Part shown: in pieces, positions 51,974 to 64,000 of the stretch
How positions within the stretch are numbered: the first letter of the stretch is position 1
Layout of the letters: each line of letters begins with the position of its first letter
Source: Ostrea edulis
Lineage: Eukaryota
Assembly (NCBI RefSeq): GCF_947568905.1
Contig: NC_079169.1
Coordinates: forward strand, 25,792,001-25,856,000
DNA: 64,000 nucleotides
Direction of reading: 5' to 3'
Notes under the pieces: model-generated
What the model was told of the DNA's origin: nothing
The model's input: only the letters and a program-made list of their open reading frames with translations
Database searches by the model: none
Position numbers and translations under genes: made by a program

Positions 51974-52982
51974 CTGTAATAGAGGAGTCAGACCGGGGTT
52001 TAATCAATGGCTCAGTCACTCTTGAAGGACTTTTAACTGAAAATGAAAGAACTAAATAAATACTATAAATATATTGAAAATCCGTGAATTACTACAATTG
52101 ACAGTTATAAATTTTATCAAAATTGTTCAATTTATGGTTCTCGTACAGGGTTTAAGCCTCTGGGAGGAGCAACATATAGGGTATATAGAAAAGATGCATG
52201 AAAATATTTTAAATTCCTACACCTCAGAACATATTACAGTGTATATTTATATTGAAGTTGAAGGTGTCTACTGAAACTCATGACCCCCTACTCGTGCTCT
52301 GGCCACAGGGTGGGGTTAAATTGGCCATCTACTTCAAAATGTATTCCATCGATCCAAAACAAATCTATCTGGGAACAAGCAAACTGGGTACATGGTTTGG
52401 GTGCTTCTACCGAAATTGAAATGAATGACATTTTCGAAATAGTCTTTACTCCTGACCAGATAGCAGACATACTCGGTGCAAAGTTTGTGTGAGCTCTAGA
52501 CGTTTCTAACGAAGAAATTCTTGATCCATGGGTCAGATGATATGTTCTAACACAAGGACGAGACTACATGTAGGTATACAATATAACGAAGGTGTATCCA
52601 CATCACTCAAATCTCCAAATCTATTGTTGGGGAAAGCTATGTGCATCGTTTCAATAAGCTTGAAGGCTTCTAAGATTTTGAAACTTCTGGCCCCAAGACT
52701 ATAAACTGAGAATAGACTAAGTCAAAATTGATTAGTTATACCTTAGGATTTATGTAGCACAGGGGTTTAAAAAAAACCACTGCAGGTTGATAAAAAAAAA
52801 TTCAAATGCAAACATATGCTGAAAATTTTATTTGTATATGAAAATTATTTCAAAAGTTAGCTGGATTTGAAATTTAGACTTAAGTCTATTCTCAGTTTAT
52901 GGTCTCGAGGCCTGCTCTTAGGTTGGTTGGTTGTATATTGTTTAACGTACGGTCCTGCTCGAGAATTTTTCACTCATATGAA

Positions 52983-55771
52983 CACTGTCATGATCGTGTG
53001 CAGGATTGGACAAAACAAGATGGCAGACGGCATTTCCAAACAAAGGTAGGCTCTTAAAACTCTTCATTTTACCGACTTATTAGACGACGAATTTATGAAT
53101 TTAAAACACTGCCTGGCCAGGGAGGCATCATTAAGTTGATTGGTTGTTGGAATTCTTACTCATGTACACGTACAACTCTAAATTCATTGATCGAAGTTGA
53201 CGATGTTGCCTCGATAGAATTCGAAGCGGGCGAAGATGTTTCTAATCATGTTTTCATGCATTTTAAGAAAGATACTTTCGGTAAAATAGACTCTGCACAT
53301 ATCTTTTGATGAAAACTCGAACCAGTGTATGCGATTTGTCCATTAAATTGCCTTGGTTAAATAGATATCTTGACTTGAACATTTGCTAATGTGCAGGATT
53401 GGACTATGGTCGTTTCCACAATAAACGTGCCGGATTGGACCTCAATTTTGGTTCAGGATTGGACCCTCTTTTTATCTTTATTTTCAAAATCCTTTATATT
53501 TTCGAATCTCGACTCCACTTTATCATATTTTAGTTTGATTAATGTAGCTTATTAGATTCTCAGACATTTCCAACATGACCATGGTGTATTTTGAAATTTT
53601 TTTTTACTGTTATCAAATTACATCGTCGTTTAAGTTCCCAACGACGACAATTGCTACTGTAAAAATATTCATTCGCTATCTCCTTCAAAATGAACCAATA
53701 TAACAGATATATACATGAATCACCAATCTTTGCTTACGACAGATGTAACGTTGACTGTTCGTATCCATGATATATAAGGCCATTTTGACCTATAAAACAC
53801 GTGAGAAATTATCATTATTTTAGAATCCTCTGTAACAATATAAATTCGACGTTTCCTGAATTCAATTAACCCGCTTACATATTCCCTAATTCCAAACTCT
53901 GTTATATAGATTTTCTCCTTTGTTTCAGGTATCAAGCCCTAGAACTTCATTCCATGAGATGGGTACACTTCGAATGTGCAAATTTGTGGTGAGGAATTCA
54001 AGACCAATTCTGAATTGCGTAGGCATGTATAAAGGAAACATCAGTCAGAAAAATTGTCTTCGTTTGTGACCAGTGCAACACACGCTTTTGCCCATTATAA
54101 AAGAAACTCGAAGTAAAAAATACATTGTTTTCTGAATACACGAGGTGTATACATACATGTATACCATGGCAGCCGTTTTATATATTCGTTTATGTACATT
54201 GTGAAACGATTATTTTTACGGTATTATGCTTTGTTTTACAGAGATACTACTAATCTTTTACATTGCATTTTACACATGTTGATTTGTCATTTCATTGAAC
54301 CTAAGTTTTACGTGTTATTAAATATATTTCAATGTTATTGCGTTTGTATTGAACTGATAACAACTAGTGAAAAAATTGTATTGAAGAGTAACCTCTCATC
54401 TGAGCAGCAAATATTGAAAAAGAAAAAACACCATGGACAAAACTGCTTTTCATTTAGGTTCATATTTCAGCTACAGGAGTGATATTGCGAATTTCTGAGA
54501 AAATATCCTTTTTATTTGCTTTCATCAGTATATGCACTCCAAGGTTGAATTCAATGTAATTACAAGAAACGAAAGGTTTTAAATGCTGATATTTACTACC
54601 GTAAGTAATTATCCTTGTAAGTGAGTTGGCCTCGATATCTTGCACGACATATGCACTCAAGATTATTAGAATTAAAATGATAGGGAATTTTTTTTCAAAA
54701 GATAATAAATCCCGCTTTAACAATCAAAACTGGTTCCAGCAGAAGCATACATATGAAAGGCACAAGTGCATGTGGACAGATCATTAAGTATTGAAAACAT
54801 GAACACCTCAACATCTTATTGTCTTTATTGTCATTGAACAGCTTTGTGAAATGTAAACCATCATGCCTGAAGAGATTATTATACGTCAAACCATGCTCAG
54901 TTTTCATAATTCCATGCAGATATCACAAATGTTAAGTGGTTGGGAATCGAACATGGTCTACATGTGTATATACAATATAAATGTATTTGCTTCTGCAAAA
55001 TGAAGACTTTTCAACATGTTGATCTTCGACAACAAGGCTCCTTCTAACGTGTGACAGAACTTTAGATTCATGTGCGCGGTGCAATTCTCAAACACGTAAA
55101 GATTTTCGAGCTGGCTCTTCCGCTTACTGATAGTTCCTTGCTCCACGTGCTCTTTTAGGTTTGTCAAAACCATGGTTTTATTAGGAGACATAAAATAGAA
55201 CACACTTCATTCACTTGCAACTTTTAAGCTTAAGGAAGTCCGCTCCTGACTGGATCTGTAAGAAAAAAAATGCATGTATTTAAGAAAGGGTCCAATCCTG
55301 AACCAAAATCGAGGTCCAATCCGGCACATTTATCGTGGAAACAACCATAGTCCAATCCTGCACATTAGCAAATGTTCAAGTCAAGATATCTATCTAACCA
55401 AGGCAATTTAAGGGACAAATCGCATACACTGGTTCAAGTTTTCATTAAAAGATATGTGCAGAGTCTATTTTACCGAAAGTATCTTTCTTAAAATGCATGA
55501 AAACATGATTAGAAACATCTTCGCCCGCTTCGAATTCTATCGAGGCAACATCGTCAACTTCGATCAATGAATTTAGAGTTGTACGTGTACATGAGTAAGA
55601 ATTCCAACAACCAATCAACTTAATGATGCCTCCCTGGCCAGGCAGTGTTTTAAATTCATAAATTCGTCGTCTAATAAGTCGGTAAAATGAAGAGTTTTAA
55701 GAGCCTACCTTTGTTTGGAAATGCCGTCTGCCATCTTGTTTTGTCCAATCCTGCACACGATCATGACAGTG
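52983..55771. mobile_element. Non-autonomous DNA transposon with CAC..GTG ends, ~490 bp TIRs and 5-bp TSD (Transib-like)
   Basis: ATGAA|CACTGTCATGATCGTGTGCAGG ... CCTGCACACGATCATGACAGTG|ATGAA. 52983-53472 is near-identical to the reverse complement of 55283-55771. It splits a SINE whose halves rejoin across the TSD. Confidence 0.9.
53930..54100 (+). pseudogene. Relic C2H2 zinc-finger exon inside the Transib-like element
   Basis: After acceptor tttgtttcag: FECA(fs)CGEEFKTNSELRRHV*RKH, then (fs)FVCDQCNTRF. Confidence 0.65.
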
Positions 55772-56520
55772 ATGAAGACGTTATCATTACCGGTGAAGGG
55801 TTGTAAAATTTAGGCCTATGCTCGGCGCTTACGGTCTCAGGTTGGGGAAAATTGCATTTTGTACCTCCGCAAACGAAATTTAAATGGTGTTGTAATCAGA
55901 ATGTCTGTCGATTGTCTGCACACATGATTTGTCCGGACAAGTTTTGAGACTAGTGCATGGGAATTTTCCTGAAAATTTGTGCACTCTTTATTGCATCAAA
56001 ATATTATTAAGTATCAAGGTCAAAGGAATTTAGTGTATCCTGTTACTAGTACCTAGGTGAAATATGAACAATGTGTAAACTAGTCTTCAGCTTTACAATA
56101 TTTCGAATAAGCCCCCATATGGATGAGCCCTGCCCGCCCGGGGTGGGGTGGGGTGGGGGTAAGTCTCGTTAGGACAATTCTAACATAAAATCTTTACTTC
56201 AAAACATTTAGCAATGTTGGGTGTAATAATCCCTGTAAGTAAATATGATATTGAAATGTCATGTCCATTACTAGCTCTGCTTGTTGGTCTCAGTTCCTTC
56301 CATCAGACTTTCGTATAAGGCGCTGAATAGGAACATAAAAAAACTTACAATGAGACAAGTACAATTAGCTTATCGAAATTGTGTTTGGTTTGGAAGATCA
56401 TGATTTTGTAACAGAGATACATTTCTGTAGAATTTTAATTTAAAAAAAAAAAAACCCAACCAAAACGAAATTTCCAAACGTTTAACATTAATCCACGGTA
56501 TTATTGCAGTGTAGTCATAC

Positions 56521-56638
56521 TTTTGCGACACATGGAATTGTTTTGCACTATTAACACCATTATGTGTGCAATCTTTGTCGATTAACCTTGGACCATTGTA
56601 CAATATTTCATATGCAGAGCCAGGTAGGGTAACAAAAC
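56521..56638 (-). CDS. Candidate exon of an unknown gene (weak GON-domain-like resemblance)
   Basis: Acceptor ctatcag, donor gtatga, open frame (G)FVTLPGSAYEILYNGPRLIDKDCTHNGVNSAKQFHVSQ, phase 1-2. Confidence 0.4.
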
Positions 56639-57157
56639 CTGATAGATCTAGAGCAATTTTGTTCAAAATCACTTCGTTGTTGATATTTTAATAGCTCAGC
56701 GGAAAGCGTTACTTTACTTGTTCTATCCCCATTGGTTCAAAAGATATACAATGTAGTCAATATTAATGTTTATAAAAGTAGGAGCAAGTCCAAGGTAAAG
56801 GTCAAAAGTCTTGGAATCAAATGAAAGGCCTGGTCATGAGGCATTTATATGTGAAATATCAAAACCGTATCCCCCTTGGTTTATAGATTGTTTTGATGTT
56901 TCCGCCACACTCAACAATTTTTCAGTTATCTGGTGGCGCCCAGTTTTCATTGGTGGAAGAGAGAACCCAGATACAATGTACCTGGGAAGAGACCACCGAT
57001 CTCCGAAAGTAAACTGGGACCCCTTGGTTTAAAAGATATAAACAAGGTCAAGGTTCTTGAAAAGTAGGTAAAAGTCCAAGGTCACTAGGTCAAGATTCAT
57101 GGTAAGTTTAAAGGCCTAATCATGAAAAACCTATCTCCTTTGGTTTGAAATATATCA

Positions 57158-57533
57158 TTAAATCGAGGCAAGCTACTGACAAACAAGTTGATGGTACAGG
57201 GGTTTAAACAGTCTCAATTAAAGTCAGCATTTCGCAAATTCTATGGTCGTTATAACGATCTAGTTCGTCAATACAACCTATCATTGGGTCAAATGCTGTT
57301 TGACGTTGTTTGGCCGTTCTTGGCACACTGATTTTCACTACGGATTACTCCGTTTACCTGATCGGGATGTAGGGTTCACGGCGGGTGTGACCAGTCGACA
57401 GGGGATGCTTACTCCTCCTGGGCACCTGATCCCACGTCTGGTGTGTCCAGGGGTCCGTGTTTGCCCAACTATCTATTTTGTATTGATTTTAGGTGTTGTG
57501 AGATTGATCACTGATCGTTATCTTCGCCTTTCA
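57158..57533 (+). mobile_element. Penelope-like retroelement 3' fragment
   Basis: Encodes LNRGKLLTNKLMVQGFKQSQLKSAFRKFYGRYNDLVRQ followed by the shared 3' end. Confidence 0.85.
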
Positions 57534-59433
57534 TCACCAAGGCGATGAAAAGTAGCTAATGATTAAAGATCAAAGTTGGTATCAAATGAAATGCCAGTTC
57601 GTGAGCCATCTATAAGCTATACCCCCTTAGTTCTAAACGTTAACGTTTTCCCTTATAGTGTGACGCCGACACCTGGGTCACGACTACCTCTCTGGACACC
57701 CGTACTGGTCAGCGACCTAAAATGCAATTCCAAGTTTTCAATGTTTTTTGCTCTCTGAAAATTTTCGGGGGAGGATATAATCGCTGTCGTGTCCGTCCGA
57801 CTATCCAAGTTCATATCTCCTAAATCTTTCATCACTAATTTATCAAATTGCTTAGAAATGTTCCTAGAGACATTGACTATTGGACGAAGGTCTCTCAAGG
57901 TCATTTTGGAAAGGTCAACGCAGCTCAGTAGTGTTGTAATAAATGTACCTATGTGCACTTCGCACCATATGACGTCAGAAGAGTTCCGATAGTCTACTTT
58001 ATAAATGATAGTTTGTACAGATCGAACTTCCTGAATGACAATTACTTTACATAAAGCATTTAAGCATACGAATTAAAAGCAATAGAAAACTGTAACTCTT
58101 CAGTGTTGAGAAGGTAAAAATCAAATGGTGACCATTTGCAACGGCTTCAAATTAAAATACCCAACTTTATTTACTGTAGGATTTACACTATGTAAAGGTA
58201 AACAATGCATGTTTCATTGTAATAGGGAGTTAATAGTAAGTCTGGTTGAAGCGGGAAAGAAATTCAGCTTAACCCCATATTAATCGCAACAAGTGGCCCA
58301 AATTCGGGCAAGATTTCCCGAATCACATTGTGAGTGACACTGGTACATGTATGAGATTCAGAAGAGGCATCAATCCAAATATCCAGCTCAACGAATCTCG
58401 CTGAGATGATTGAGGAATGTGGGCAACCTCGGTAATATTCGCTGAGTGATGACTGTCGATATGTTTTTAAATCATAGCATATATTTAGTTTGAATAAGCA
58501 TTTGCTCCTAGCACTTTTCATTTGAAGGAGTTTTATTTCTTTTTGAATATTATCAATGAATGTTCAACTGGTAAATCACATGTACCCGAACCTTTGTTTA
58601 TAAGGAAGGTCTTTAATAAAGTGTTACATGATATTCAGTTGACGTCACGAGGAAATTAACATGCGGGGAATTTATAGTAGCTCGGTCGCAGTCAACGTAT
58701 GGGTAGTATTGTTTTGGTGTTTAATCGTATGAATTGTAATTATACTTTGAGGTGTAATTTCACACCAAAATTATAGTACTTAAGCAAAGTTGCAAAGGTT
58801 GCTCTGAACATTTAAGTCCTTTATTTCAACAGAAATTTATCACAAATATTTTTGTACATACATGTAAGTAACAGATATGGTTTTCAGACAGAGGTCATTT
58901 GGTCAAGGTCACTTAGAAAATATACCTTGCATATGAAAAAAAATATTTCACTTTAACAATTATTGATTCTCTCAAGGCCATTATCTCTCAGATCATATAC
59001 ATGATCATATACATGTACCTTGTATAGTGAAAAGTTCTTTTATCAATTGTAATCCTGCCTCTAATAAAAACGTTGGAATTTCATTGGCTGAAATCAATAC
59101 GACACACAACGATGTTATGTCTCTTACTATCCTAATATTGTCAATATTATAGTACTGGTTTACTGACCACATATGTGTACTATGACTTCATTTACAGTTT
59201 AATGAAAAACTTTTTTTTTTATCCCGTTGTTGATAGTTTAAATGTTGCGGCCACTTTTTCATCGTTGTACGTTTGATAGAGTATGTCAAGAATACATACA
59301 TTGCAGTCATTTATTTTTGTTGTACATGTACATTAGAAAATCATCAAGAATGAATAATGTCAATAATCCTTTAATTAATGTAAAAGTAAAATTCAGAGAC
59401 AGGATAACTTACGCCGCGCCCAATATGATTTTC

Positions 59434-59467
<34 letters not shown>

Positions 59468-59534
59468 AAAGTGTGTACATAACTAATAATATTTGACTTC
59501 AATTTTCGAGGAAAATGTCAATTAGAAAAAGTCC

Positions 59535-59795
59535 CATAGGGATCCGGGTTAAAATAGGTCCTCAGTACCTCTCGCTTATCGTAAGATGCAACTAAATGGG
59601 GCTGTCGTTAGGATGAAACCACAAAAACCGAGGCCCCGTGTCACAGCAGGTTTGGCACGATAAAGCTCCATGCTCAATGGCCGTACGCGCCGAGCATAGG
59701 TCTTTTTGTAGTACTTCATCGGCAATGGTGATGTCTCCCTATGAGTGAAACATTCTCGAGAGGGACGTTAAACAACACACAATCAATTAGAAAAA
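59535..59795 (+). mobile_element. SINE fragment
   Basis: Reverse-complement match to the 6660-6901 family. Confidence 0.65.
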
Positions 59796-60544
59796 AGGTA
59801 TTTTGGACAATTATATTCTATAAAGAAATTGCAAAAAAATCAGACATTTTGATTTTTCAAATTTGAACCAAACCCGATGGAATTATATATAATTATATAT
59901 TTAAAAAAGTGGTCATAGAGAACATTTTAATCAGAAAATTACATTCCCTTTTTGTAAAATGGTTTACAAATTACAAATCAAATGCATTTACATGTATAAA
60001 GCAAACCAATTTCATGATGAAAAGTGCATGAAATACATACTGTATGCAGCAATTTCATTATTTTATCAATGTTGAATGCTTTTATTTTCCAGGTTTGGTT
60101 CAAATCTAAAAAGTAGCATATTTTTTTTAATTTTAACATTTTATTTCAATATCTTTGTAAAATATATTTGTCTGATATATGTGTATTTTGCAAACGATAC
60201 GTTTCGTGAAGAATTCAAATTTTAAAATATTAACAATTAACCGTATAATTTTCATAGATATTTCTTTATTGAACATCTGCATTATTCACCTTGGCAGGCT
60301 TTATTAGATATTTATATCACGCATCAAATCAAAGCGAAGTTCAGATTTTAAAACACTTTAATTGAATAACAACAAATAACCAATCAAAACAAAGTTCACG
60401 CATCACCAAGGGATCGTGCTTACTGGAGTGTACGTAATGGTGTGTGATTATTAGTCTTTTGTTGCGGTAACTTGAGCTCGCAGAAAGAACCACAGTTTTT
60501 ATCTTTTATCTAAAGGATTAATCACGTGGATTGAGTTTTAGTCA

Positions 60545-60624
60545 TTGTTATGTCCCCGAGATCGGGGCATATTGATTTTGTCCTGTCTGTCATTCTGTCT
60601 GGAACTTTAACCTTGCTAATGACT

Positions 60625-60663
<39 letters not shown>

Positions 60664-60780
60664 CAAGACCTTTTCCTTGGCACTAAACCTTTGACCTTGA
60701 CATTTGACCTACTTTTAAAAAATTGACATTGGTCATAACTTCTAAATGGTAAATATTAGAGTTTTCATATTGTACATGAA

Positions 60781-60811
<31 letters not shown>

Positions 60812-60848
60812 CCAAGTTATTTGTCCTTGTGACCTTGGCAATCTTCGT

Positions 60849-60896
<48 letters not shown>

Positions 60897-60900
60897 ATGC
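60545..60900. mobile_element. Short HINE-type element
   Basis: atgtccccgagatcggggcat hairpin, ctgtctgtc, gaccttg units, and a cacaaacacatcttgtt end. Confidence 0.65.
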
Positions 60901-60959
60901 TGTCCTCGTCCCGATGTCTTGATCCTGGTGACTACAGGAAATTGTCTGTATAACTTACA

Positions 60960-61867
60960 CGTATGAGAATCTCCTTAGACAATTTTTAAATAAAAGAGGG
61001 AAGTAGCGAGCATAGGAGATGCCAGTTGCACAATTAAAACGAAATTTCTCCAATACAATTTCAGGTCATCCGAGTAACTCAGGAGAGCTTTAGCTGTCAT
61101 TGATGGTCATCTACTTTTGAATAAGTGAAGATAACGAGCAACTCAGAATCTGCATGACCAATTTAAACCTTAACTGCCGTTCCAACCTTTTGGGTAGTGA
61201 AACTGTGAATGTTGTGGTCCCTGTCCTTTCGGAACCTATTTTTATATACACATACAAGTATATTTGTATAACCAACAGGAGATGAGGTGGCGTAGTCATG
61301 TCCACAAAACACTTCAATTTTCCTTTTATCTACATGTGTTTTACCATGACCATGCAACTGGTCGAGTGGTACTGCAAAAACAAAATTTAATGCTTGGGCA
61401 TCATTCAAATAACATATGTATGTATACCATCGCATTACAATAAAACAGTGACCTTTGTTTGATGTATAGCTCTGTAGAACTAATTGTTTTCACGATTTAC
61501 GATGTCAATAAACAGCATCCATCAAACTTATTAGTATAAGCCATGTTATTTCCATAATGGTCAGTGGTATTGTCATATCAGCATCTTTGCTGCAATCATT
61601 TTAAAGCTGTCATGGGGTATCTATGTTTGGAATACTTCTAGACTGAATAATCTCAGCAACAAAAAGGCCATGTAAATAATGTTCCGAACAATAATCAAGC
61701 ATTAAATGAACAAACACTCGCGTAATGGCTACGGGAATTATACAATTTCCACTTGTAATCATGCATTTTACAAATAGATATATATTGTTTATAATTGTCT
61801 CTATCGTCTTGCGCTTAGTGTTCTTCATGTCATCAATTTTATACACGTGTTTAAAAACAAGTTTCAT
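60960..61867 (-). pseudogene. Probable decayed intronless rhodopsin-family GPCR
   Basis: In order: SGNCIIPVAITR (TM1), YLHGLFVAEII (TM2), P*QL*NDC (ECL1 W/C), WLILISLMDAVY (TM3), MRW..AVP (TM4), then (fs) PPHLLLVIQIYLYVYIKI (TM5) and RLERQLRFKLVMQIL (TM6); several stops. Confidence 0.45.
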
Positions 61868-63013
61868 TGAGGGTATGAACTGCGATGCTACACGCTGGCA
61901 TCCGCACGGAGTGTGTCAGCCATGAAAAGAATGCTGGTGTGAAGCGTTGCAGTTCATACCTTCATGTATTTTCAAAAATCAAAACTTATTTCTTATAATT
62001 GCATTCTACTTTCACTTTTGTTGGAATTCCCAACCGTTAAAATAGTCGGTTTAAGAGCTCATGTTATTTGTTTATGTTTGTAGAGTACACAGTGCCGACT
62101 TTAAATGAAATTTATATACTTACGTACCCGGTACTATATTTATCAAGATTCATACGCGAATTGTTTACTACTGTAGAGCGTTCATGAGGAAATAGCTATA
62201 ACAACAATGTATAAAGATATCATTCAAAGGCAACAACATTGGAAATATAAATATTTCTGAAAAACGAGATTTTTTTTATTGGGTAAATTTAAGTCTAGAA
62301 ATATCATGGAACATAATTCAGACCTAAAGATTAAAAAAAGCCTGAATTATTGTAAGCATGATAGGTTAAGGATTTGTGAGGAGATACCCTTGCGCTAACG
62401 AAGACGTTCTATCAGGGTCTGGTCGTTTTGAAAACCTTACACCCCATACAAGACTTTTACTCATGTTCTTTGTGTAGAATTGTCATCATAGCATAAAGAG
62501 AGTTCTTGATGTGACCTCCGTTTTTCAGATCAAGAATTGAACCCGGGCCTCCGAAGTGAGCCCCCTAACGACTAGACTTTTGTGCCGCTGTAAATTACTA
62601 CACAGCTGTCCATTGTAATTCAGTTATACACACACATTAAAATAAAGGCATTAAACCTGTACGATGAAAGATACTATCCAGGTCAACAATAATTCACCTG
62701 GAAATCCTTTTGATTATATGACCATTATTCATGAGGGGTTGAATTAGGTGATTACAAATGCAGGTCCAGTCCACCTGCTTCACATCAATGATGCAGTGTA
62801 TCTCGATTGCCAAGTAATCCCCCAGGTACGATGAGGACGAAAGGTGAATCAATTCAATACACATGTACTAAATGTATGCATGTAAAGTTTAAACTACCAA
62901 ATTCCCTTAACTAACAGTCTGAAGTATCAGTGGGAATGTACATACAATGAGATTGATCAGGTATTATTTAAGCTAGATCTGTAATACGTATCGTATTCCA
63001 GAATTTATCAAAT

Positions 63014-63573
63014 GAAAGGTGAAGATAATGAACAGACCCCTGGACACACCAGGGGTGGAATCAGGTGCCTAGGAGGAGTAAGCATTCCCTGTTAACCGGT
63101 CAAACCCGCCGTGAGCCCTATATCCTGATCAGGTAAACGGAGTTAATCGGTATGAAACACGTCATACAGCATTTGACCCAATGATAGGCTGTTTTGACGA
63201 ACTTGATCGTTATAACGACCATAGAATTTGCGAAATGCTGACTTCAATCGAGATTGTTGAAACCCCTGTACCATCAACTTGTTTGCCAGTAGCTTGCCTC
63301 GATTTAAAAACTGACCATACGTAGAACAAACTCTTGCGTATCGAATCAGTTGAGAGATATAAACACCATATGCAGATGATAATGGAATATTGCTACATAG
63401 AAATGGGAAGTTGACGATGGAGAAGCTGAAATCATCCCGTTTGTCATACAGTTGAGTTGTCAGTTTGTCGTTAATGTCTACTTTCAATAAAATATCTAAG
63501 TATGAAGCAAAAGTAGACGACTCTGTGGTGTCCTTTATTTCGAGCTCACAGGGATATATCGAATCGACATATG
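63014..63573 (-). mobile_element. 5'-truncated Penelope-like retroelement (RT C-terminus plus 3' end)
   Basis: YVDSIYPCELEIKDTTES..ASYLDILLK..LYDKRDDFSFSIVNFPFLCSNIP..AYGVYISQLIRYAR. Confidence 0.88.
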
Positions 63574-63620
63574 CCTTTTATAAGACGGAATTCCTATTTG
63601 TTTTCAAAGCTACAAGGACC

Positions 63621-63940
63621 GGTCGCGATAGCTTAGTGGTAGAGCGTTCGTTTCGTAACCGGAGGGTCGTCAGTTCGAGCCCCGTTCGTGGCATGGCCGC
63701 GTCAAACCTAAGACGTAATGATTGCTCCTTCACGAAACACTTGGCATTTAGAAGTGAGGATCACGGGTCTTTCAGATATGATCTTAAAACGGTTGGCACG
63801 ATAAAGAATCCTCACTGCTACGTGTATGGCTATGAGCACTAAGCATAGGTCTAGATATGTGGTACTTCACCTACAGCTGGTGCCGTCTCAATAGGAGTAG
63901 AAAGTTATCGACGAGACGTAAAATAATCAACCAATCAAAG
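63621..63940 (+). mobile_element. tRNA-derived SINE, near full length
   Basis: A box TAGCTTAGTGG and B box GTTCGAGCC, conserved body, (aatc)n tail. Confidence 0.85.
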
Positions 63941-64000
63941 CTATAAGTGGAATGACAAGTTCACCAACATCAGTTACATTGTACATTTCTTACCCAAATT

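Noticed and set aside
58264-58521. RFVELDIW as a PI-PLC/GDPD-like motif
   Set aside because: A single short motif with no clear splice boundaries or supporting domain context.
63621-63700. tRNA genes (also 35600-35672)
   Set aside because: A/B boxes run directly into SINE bodies; these are SINE heads, not tRNA genes.

Overview
AT-rich eukaryotic (animal) genomic DNA; the repeat families point to an oyster or other bivalve (inference). Most of the window is transposon-derived: Helentron-associated non-autonomous elements with ~145-170 bp tandem arrays, Penelope-like 3' fragments, tRNA-derived SINEs and MITEs. Two host genes are recognisable: a spliced SLC16/monocarboxylate-type MFS transporter (minus strand, 8.8-11.8 kb, ends unresolved) and a single-exon GT31 beta-1,3-glycosyltransferase (31122-32231). 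The 12.2-28.6 kb block is a nested mobile cluster. It contains a CACAG-terminated CACTA/EnSpm-like end with a palindromic-motif array, and a five-exon phase-0 minus-strand gene that the ORF track misses. Next come an esterase-ORF1/APE LINE fused directly to a decayed Helentron-type Rep-helicase, and a spliced double OB-fold gene. The block ends with a fold-back composite and a small TIR element carrying a ZAD-like zinc-finger ORF. At 52983-55771 there is a 2.8 kb element with CAC...GTG ends, ~490 bp TIRs, a perfect 5-bp TSD (Transib-like signature) and relic C2H2 zinc fingers. All assignments come from reading motifs by eye; no database searches were run.
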